50,648 bases of DNA. Source: Candidatus Helarchaeota archaeon (GTDB lineage Archaea; Asgardarchaeota; Lokiarchaeia; Helarchaeales; RDOG01). Location: contig JALGVI010000007.1 in NCBI GenBank assembly GCA_029838215.1, positions 1-50,648 on the forward strand, written 5' to 3'. Positions 45,130-50,648 of this stretch are shown one piece after another. Under the pieces are notes generated by a model. The model was not told where the DNA came from. It saw only the letters and a list, made by a program, of their open reading frames with translations, and did not search any database. Positions within the stretch are counted from its first letter, which is position 1. Each line of letters starts with the position of its first letter. A program made the translations under genes and the position numbers.

Positions 45130-45248
45130 GCTTAAAAATATCCACAATTTTTCTTTAATTTTTTTTTAGGTTAAAACCGAATTAGCAAACTTTTTCGTAT
45201 AAATGAGAAAAATAGTCGTGTTTTTAAAAAATAAGTTTAGAATATATT

Positions 45249-45719
45249 TCAGCTACGGATCTCCATCACGCTATAAGCCGTTTTAAAACCAAATCTTCCA
45301 TAATATGGCATCTGTTTCTCGGTCGCATTTATTCGAATGACTTCTGCTCCCATTTCTTTCAAGTAATTAATTGACTGTTCAATAAGTTTGGTTCCAATCT
45401 TGCGACCACGCGCCTCCTTGTCTGTAATGACCTGGCGGATATACCCTTCCGCGGCACCCATCGGGTCGATAATAAGCTCGGCGAAGATCATGCCCAGAAT
45501 TTTCTTGTCGTTTTTATCTTCTGCCACGAGCAAACCGTGTTTTTGCAGGCGATCATACATTCTTCTTTTAATTCCCCACTCAAATCGTTTTTCATTGAAA
45601 GGCACTTTTCTTTCTTCACACAATTGTTCCATTAAACTCTTCAAATTATTCGAATCTTTTGGATTCGCCGTCCGCACGATAACATCATCACTCATGATAG
45701 ATTCAACCTCGATTTTCAT
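45249..45719 (-). CDS. GNAT family N-acetyltransferase
   Basis: GYIRQVITDKEARGRKIGTKLI, YYGRFGF. Confidence 0.9.
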   Translation of the reverse strand: MKIEVESIMSDDVIVRTANPKDSNNLKSLMEQLCEERKVPFNEKRFEWGIKRRMYDRLQKHGLLVAEDKNDKKILGMIFAELIIDPMGAAEGYIRQVITDKEARGRKIGTKLIEQSINYLKEMGAEVIRINATEKQMPYYGRFGFKTAYSVMEIRS

Positions 45720-45854
45720 GTTTGTTGAGTATTAGTTATTCTGATGAGATCGTTTAAAAATATCGGAAAATCCAAACTTTTTAATTGCTTTATTTCTTTC
45801 AATGCTTGATTTTCCTAAAACCTTTCAAGCAATTCAAGACAAAAAGTAATCACG

Positions 45855-46805
45855 ATGGAATTACGAGAGAAACAAAAAGGATATCTACTTTGCCTTTCTG
45901 GAGTCGTAACTTGGTCATTTGCTGAGATCATCGTGAAATTACTTCAAGGAACCGTGGGACCGGTATCTCTTTCCTTTTTGCGTTTTTTCCTTGCAGGTGT
46001 TTTTCTATTCTTGATTCTTGGAATTCAAAAGGAAACAAAAGATCTCTGGAAAATTTTCAAGAAAAATAAATGGACTTTCATCATTGCAGGAATTCTTGGT
46101 TTATCTCTTTCAAATGTCCTATTATTCACGGGTATTCAGCTGAGTCAAGCGAATATTGCAGCTGGTCTCTATGTCTCTTATACTTTATTCACGAGCATCT
46201 ATAGCATTTTTATCGTGAGAGAACGATCGAACATTTCGCTCAAGGTACTTGGCTACGTGGTTGGCTTTCTAGGTACCCTTATGCTGGTCTCGAACTTCCA
46301 ATTGGGACTTTTCATCGCACCTCAATTTCTGCTCGGAAATATCTTGATCGTGGTTGCTGCATCCTTCTACGGTACTCACGTCGTGGCAGGTAAGAGAATT
46401 CTTCTTCTTAATGAGGGCGTTTCAAACGTCGAGATCAAGTTCAACTTGCTGACATTTCTAATAGCCAGCATTCCCTGTTTCATTTTCGTGGCTTTTACGC
46501 CAGAATTACCCGTGCTTTTCCTACACGGTCCCATAGAATGGATGTTGATTTTATTTTTAAGTGTTGGAACGACTGCAGTTGGTTATTATCTCTTTTTTAA
46601 AGGTGTACAAAAGATAGACGTATCGCACGGCATCAGCTTGGCTTTATTAAAACCAATTCTGGTAACATTCCTTGCATTCTTCATCCTCGGAGAATTACCG
46701 ACCATGGCTTTGTTTATTGCTCTTCCTTTAATATCTATTGCAATTCTCCTGATTAATAAGCAAGACAAAGTCGCTTCGAGAAGAAATCACGGAAAAATAA
46801 GTTGA
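45855..46805 (+). CDS. EamA/DMT superfamily transporter
   Basis: About ten TM helices in two repeats; LSFLRF, FTGIQLS.A..A, GNILIVVAA..YG, LLKP. Confidence 0.9.
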   Translation: MELREKQKGYLLCLSGVVTWSFAEIIVKLLQGTVGPVSLSFLRFFLAGVFLFLILGIQKETKDLWKIFKKNKWTFIIAGILGLSLSNVLLFTGIQLSQANIAAGLYVSYTLFTSIYSIFIVRERSNISLKVLGYVVGFLGTLMLVSNFQLGLFIAPQFLLGNILIVVAASFYGTHVVAGKRILLLNEGVSNVEIKFNLLTFLIASIPCFIFVAFTPELPVLFLHGPIEWMLILFLSVGTTAVGYYLFFKGVQKIDVSHGISLALLKPILVTFLAFFILGELPTMALFIALPLISIAILLINKQDKVASRRNHGKIS

Positions 46806-46806
46806 T

Positions 46807-47979
46807 TTATTCAGGATCATAAGATTTTTTGATTATTTTAGAGCTTTTTAACATGTGTTTTTGTAATTCCTTGTTTTTAAATTCTCCTTCAATGTCAATG
46901 TCTTCTCCAATGGGTCGATCGATTCTTCTCGTTCGGAGAACATTGACATGCCACCGCATTTGATTCTTTAGAAGAGCTTCTTCCCACATGATGCTGACCT
47001 GCGGCCTGATGAGGTGCGTGATGCGATTGATAATGGGAATGATGGATATGTCTCGAATGGCATTACCAAGAACTGAAAACTTTTTCATTATATGATAGTT
47101 ATTAATGCGCCAAATTGACTCTCCGTGAAAAGGCATGAAGTACAAGTATTGTCTTGCGATGCCATTATTCTCATCACGAAATAGACGGGTAAATGAGCCC
47201 GGAACTAGCACATATTTCAGGATTTCTGCATCAAATTTTGAGAGATGCCAGTGTTTTGAGAAATAGTCGGAAGATCCCGTAATTTCTTCAAATAATCGTG
47301 TTGTTCTCGGGTTTCGCAAGACTCCCGCAATATTCTTGTCATTTTCAAAACAGACATTAACCATTGGAGATAGAAGTTTTTTTTGGTTAGTTTCCACGAT
47401 TTGAGTGATGTTGTTGTCAAATAGAACATTATCCGATGGATTTTCAATGACTAGATCTAAAGCGTGTCCTCGTGTGTCTTCGATCTTTAAACCATCATCT
47501 AGAACATCGACTCGCAAGTTATTCTTAAAAAACTCAACTGCAATGGCTTCGCATTCTTCTCGATATCTATGTTTCGTTTTAAATAGAAGAGTTCGCGTCA
47601 TCAAATCGGCAGGAAATTCTCCAAATTTTTTTACCATCAAGAAATTATAGATGTCACTGAAGTTTGTTACACGGGTTAAAGGCTCAATGCTTGAAGAAAG
47701 GAGTGAGTCGCATAATTGATCATATTCCTTTATGGTTATGAATTTTTCTTTAGTTTTTTTGGATTTTGACGTGATATCATGAAGATATTCAATGATCAAT
47801 CTAATATCGGAATTAAGTTCGGAACCGTACTGCTTGTCGAACACACCGAGGCTTTCATCTTCAACGATTCGGGTTGAAAGATAACCTAACACGCGGCTGA
47901 ACCGCTGATCACCTAGTATATGTCTCCATTTCTGAACTTCCGTTAGGCGGAGAACACCTAATAACCTCAATCCCGACAT
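46807..47979 (-). CDS. Hypothetical soluble protein (390 aa)
   Basis: Long ORF with GAGAGGA upstream; no family recognised. Confidence 0.75.
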   Translation of the reverse strand: MSGLRLLGVLRLTEVQKWRHILGDQRFSRVLGYLSTRIVEDESLGVFDKQYGSELNSDIRLIIEYLHDITSKSKKTKEKFITIKEYDQLCDSLLSSSIEPLTRVTNFSDIYNFLMVKKFGEFPADLMTRTLLFKTKHRYREECEAIAVEFFKNNLRVDVLDDGLKIEDTRGHALDLVIENPSDNVLFDNNITQIVETNQKKLLSPMVNVCFENDKNIAGVLRNPRTTRLFEEITGSSDYFSKHWHLSKFDAEILKYVLVPGSFTRLFRDENNGIARQYLYFMPFHGESIWRINNYHIMKKFSVLGNAIRDISIIPIINRITHLIRPQVSIMWEEALLKNQMRWHVNVLRTRRIDRPIGEDIDIEGEFKNKELQKHMLKSSKIIKKSYDPE

Positions 47980-48011
47980 CGCATTCCTCTCTTTAAATAG
48001 AATATACTAAT

Positions 48012-48722
48012 TTAGAAGTTCCCAGCATTCAAATCCGGTCTTATGGTGTACCGGAAGCTGCATTTTTCAGGTCCAACATCCTCGGAAATGACATTGAATT
48101 CGTAAGTAGGGAACAAGGATTTAATGATCTTTCGGCTTATTTGGTGGCAATAATTCTTGCAGAGCCTTTTTTGACATATTGCTTCTTTATAATTAGGACT
48201 CATGTTAACTCCAACCAAAATAAAACCGTGCCGTATTTTCTTCGTGAACACTTTCACGGGAACTGACACTCTTTTTCGAATTTCGATCTCAATAAACTCC
48301 GACACGGATAAATTCGTCTTGTTTTGAAGGCGGTCCAATACTTTTATAAATTCATTTATGATGGATTTTACTTCAGGGGATATCTTGTAATAGATATTAC
48401 GAGCATCAATGCCTGCATCCACTAATTCCGTGACCAATCCCGATTCCACGAGAGATTTCAAGCGCCTTCGAAGGCTTGAAGCTGAAACATCTGAAGATTT
48501 TTTTGAAATGATCTTAAGGAGCGTTTTTTGAGATAAAGGTGAATTAAAATCGTTATTTAAAGCCATTAAAATGCTGAATGCGTCAGTACGAATCTCTCCC
48601 GGCGATTGGGAGAAAAACGACCTGACGAATGCACTCAGTGCATCCTCCTTCGATTTAAATTTGTCTAAAGTAGCCGACAAGCCTTGATTTGGGGCACTCA
48701 TCATCTCACACCATTCTGCCAC
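48012..48722 (-). CDS. Winged-helix regulator with Cys-containing C-terminal domain (V4R-like)
   Basis: LSQKTLL...SASSLRRRLKSLVESGLV...YYKIS; C-terminal CQKRLCKNYC...CSF. Start may be 48704. Confidence 0.7.
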   Translation of the reverse strand: MAEWCEMMSAPNQGLSATLDKFKSKEDALSAFVRSFFSQSPGEIRTDAFSILMALNNDFNSPLSQKTLLKIISKKSSDVSASSLRRRLKSLVESGLVTELVDAGIDARNIYYKISPEVKSIINEFIKVLDRLQNKTNLSVSEFIEIEIRKRVSVPVKVFTKKIRHGFILVGVNMSPNYKEAICQKRLCKNYCHQISRKIIKSLFPTYEFNVISEDVGPEKCSFRYTIRPDLNAGNF

Positions 48723-49200
48723 ATTTTTTTGTTAAAATATTGGCGGAAAGAGCCAATCAACTAAGTAAATTGGTACATTCATAATTTCAAATATATATTT
48801 AGAAATTCCTTGTATTTAAGTTTGTGAATCATGCAAATGACTAGTAAAAGTCCTTTTTTTTGCGAAGATCTCATGTTAAAAAGGAAAACGGCATTTAATA
48901 AAATTTAAAAATTTCAACTATAATTTAAAAGAAATCGAAATCCTGAACGATAAAATCTCACTTGCTCCTATTTTTAGATAATTATTCATTATCGAAATCA
49001 GGTTGCCTTTAAAGAGCAAGTTATCATTTTCGTCGGCTCTAAAAAAACCTTAATTTTCATTAGAGAAAATTACGAATTTCGCAATATAAATCACAAATCT
49101 TTATACATCAATATGTCCTATTGATTTTAGAAATGTTTTTTCAACAAGTCATCAAAATGGTTTATTAACTATTTTTAATTAATTCTGGAGAAATGACCCA

Positions 49201-49737
49201 ATGGAACCCGAAGGTTTCAAGACCGAAGATTATGAAAGGATGTGGAAAAAACTCGCCAGCATGAAGGAACTTAAGCGAGCCGAAATTCCGACTCATGAGA
49301 AGATAATTAAAGATGCGATCGAGGAATTCCAAAAAGAACACGATATTATTGTTGTTGGGATTTATGATGACGATGGACTCGCACTTAGTTCTGGATTAAA
49401 AAAATTCTGGGTTGACGAAGAAGTACTCGGTCCATATTCCTCAAAGATGATGTATGAAATCCTTAGGAATATAGAACAAATGCTTGACATACCTCACACG
49501 CGTATATCAGGTTCCAAAGAAACAATAGAAAAATATAACCTTAGATTGGGTGTCGAGGTAAAAGACATCACGATTTCATTAAACATTGGAACTCTAATTC
49601 TTTCACCGTTTCCTGATATTCAGGGCTACATATTAATGATCGTTGAAAGTGTCTATGATGTCGCCTTAGCACGAAAAAATCTTCCAAAATTCAAAAAACG
49701 AATAATGCAAATCATCCGTGATAAAGAACCGCTATAA
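49201..49737 (+). CDS. Divergent roadblock/LC7-like protein with N-terminal helical extension
   Basis: IIVVGIYDDDGLALSS...DEEVLG..SS pattern, TLIL...GYILMI strands; GGAG upstream. Confidence 0.6.
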   Translation: MEPEGFKTEDYERMWKKLASMKELKRAEIPTHEKIIKDAIEEFQKEHDIIVVGIYDDDGLALSSGLKKFWVDEEVLGPYSSKMMYEILRNIEQMLDIPHTRISGSKETIEKYNLRLGVEVKDITISLNIGTLILSPFPDIQGYILMIVESVYDVALARKNLPKFKKRIMQIIRDKEPL

Positions 49738-49931
49738 AAACGCGTGATGCAATTCGATCAAAGATTTCGTGGGTGTTTTTCAATAATGATTCCTTGAATG
49801 ATTAATTTGAAATTAGTATATGATGATAAAACAAAAACACGGCAATTTTCTTTCCTTTTTTACTGAAGTTTTTGACGAATTTCTTATATAGTTAATTTCG
49901 AGAACTTCGGAATACTGGTAACTAAAAGGGT

Positions 49932-50408
49932 GTGATTAAAATCGACGTGAAGGCATTTGATAAAATATTAAGTCGTATTATTAAAAGTGAGCCGGGTATC
50001 AAAAAAGTTATCCTCGCAGATCGAACTGGTTTGACGATTGCTCACGTATCCAAATTCTCATATTATCCTGTTGATGTAGATGGTATTGGTGCCATTGCAA
50101 GTGCCGTGTTCTGTGCTAGCGAAGAGCAGGGAAAGAGCCTTGATATAGGAGCACTTAACATCGTTACTTCTGAATTTGATGACGGTAAGATCTTTGCATC
50201 ATCTTGCGGACAGGGCGTCCTCTGCATCATTACCGATAAGGATGTCAACATTGGCATGATTCGTCTTGTAATGAAAAGTGCTTCTAGTGAACTGGAAGGC
50301 GTGCTTGCAGAATTTCTGGGTGAAGCCCCAATGCTTACTGATGAAGATGACGTGCTTGGGGAAGACGACGAGCTTAAATCTGCACTTGGCGAATTAGACA
50401 AGATCTAA
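49932..50408 (+). CDS. Roadblock/LC7 (MglB/LAMTOR-like) protein with acidic tail
   Basis: VILADRTGLTIA, DGIGAIASA, EFDDGKIF, VLCIIT..VNIGMIRL; tail EDDELKSALGEL. Confidence 0.88.
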   Translation: MIKIDVKAFDKILSRIIKSEPGIKKVILADRTGLTIAHVSKFSYYPVDVDGIGAIASAVFCASEEQGKSLDIGALNIVTSEFDDGKIFASSCGQGVLCIITDKDVNIGMIRLVMKSASSELEGVLAEFLGEAPMLTDEDDVLGEDDELKSALGELDKI

Positions 50409-50429
50409 AAAATATTTTACAAATCTGAA

Positions 50430-50449
50430 TTTCTTTTTCCCTTTTTTTT
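50430..50449 (+). terminator. Oligo-T terminator after the roadblock gene
   Basis: TTTCTTTTTCCCTTTTTTTT about 20 nt after the stop. Confidence 0.45.
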
Positions 50450-50595
50450 CGATTTTCTGCTCAGTCTATATTCCGTTTGATGAAACAAAAAACACGTCAT
50501 TCATCGGTTAAAGTTAAAAAAAGAACCGCCATATTTACTTTGCAATAGATTATTTTGATGACTTAATATGTTGAAAGAAAGAGGATTTGATGTTT

Positions 50596-50648
50596 ATGGC
50601 AAAAATCACTGTAGATTTGGATAAGTGTAATGGCGATGGCATTTATGT
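50596..50648 (+). CDS. Truncated ORF, probable ferredoxin N-terminus (MAKITVDLDKCNGDGIYV...)
   Basis: GAGGA upstream; VD.DKC.GDG pattern typical of small ferredoxins; cut by the window end. Confidence 0.5.
   Translation, partial: MAKITVDLDKCNGDGIY

Noticed and set aside
48831-48908. 25-aa ORF MQMTSKSPFFCEDL... in the 478-nt spacer
   Set aside because: No RBS, very short, AT-rich and without recognisable features.
1-50648. CRISPR arrays, rRNA, tRNA, transposases, integrases, phage genes
   Set aside because: No regularly spaced 25-45 nt repeats, no cloverleaf or rRNA-like stretches, and no recognisable DDE or tyrosine recombinase motifs. The GTTCAAATCC at 31381 lies inside fumC.
50596-50648. 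Tyr in place of the third Cys in the terminal ferredoxin motif (CNGDGIY)
   Set aside because: It lies in the last few bases of the window, where errors or truncation cannot be excluded.

Overview
A 50.6 kb, AT-rich, gene-dense stretch of an Asgard archaeal chromosome, most likely Lokiarchaeia. This is inferred from archaeal-type cdhC/D/E, longin- and roadblock-domain proteins, a PGF-CTERM surface protein and a eukaryote-like SECIS. Conventional content: GT4 and GT2 glycosyltransferases, a LysA-family decarboxylase, a Zn/Mn ABC importer, a MacB/LolD-type ABC pair, MazG, MaoC, a DEAD-box helicase, DedA, a CruF-like protein, a cyclase, fumC, cdhC/D/E, ferredoxins, regulators, GNAT and EamA. No rRNA, tRNA, CRISPR array or mobile element was seen. 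Main discoveries: (1) a 123-codon HesB-like selenoprotein missed by the ORF track (39537-39908, in-frame UGA in a G-U-S-G motif), followed by a kink-turn AUGA/GA SECIS hairpin and a ferredoxin, just downstream of cdhCDE; (2) an unannotated 44-aa microprotein between cdhC and cdhD that is a stand-alone copy of the motif shared by the CdhC C-terminus and the CdhD N-terminus; (3) candidate eukaryote-like membrane trafficking and signalling proteins, namely a stand-alone SNX-BAR-like protein, a 1493-aa prenyltransferase-barrel/PCI/coiled-coil tail-anchored protein, a giant ectodomain-TM-longin-wHTH receptor, a 7TM-longin receptor and a tandem roadblock pair; (4) a possible glycolipid acylation module. 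All family assignments come from motif recognition by eye; no searches were run.
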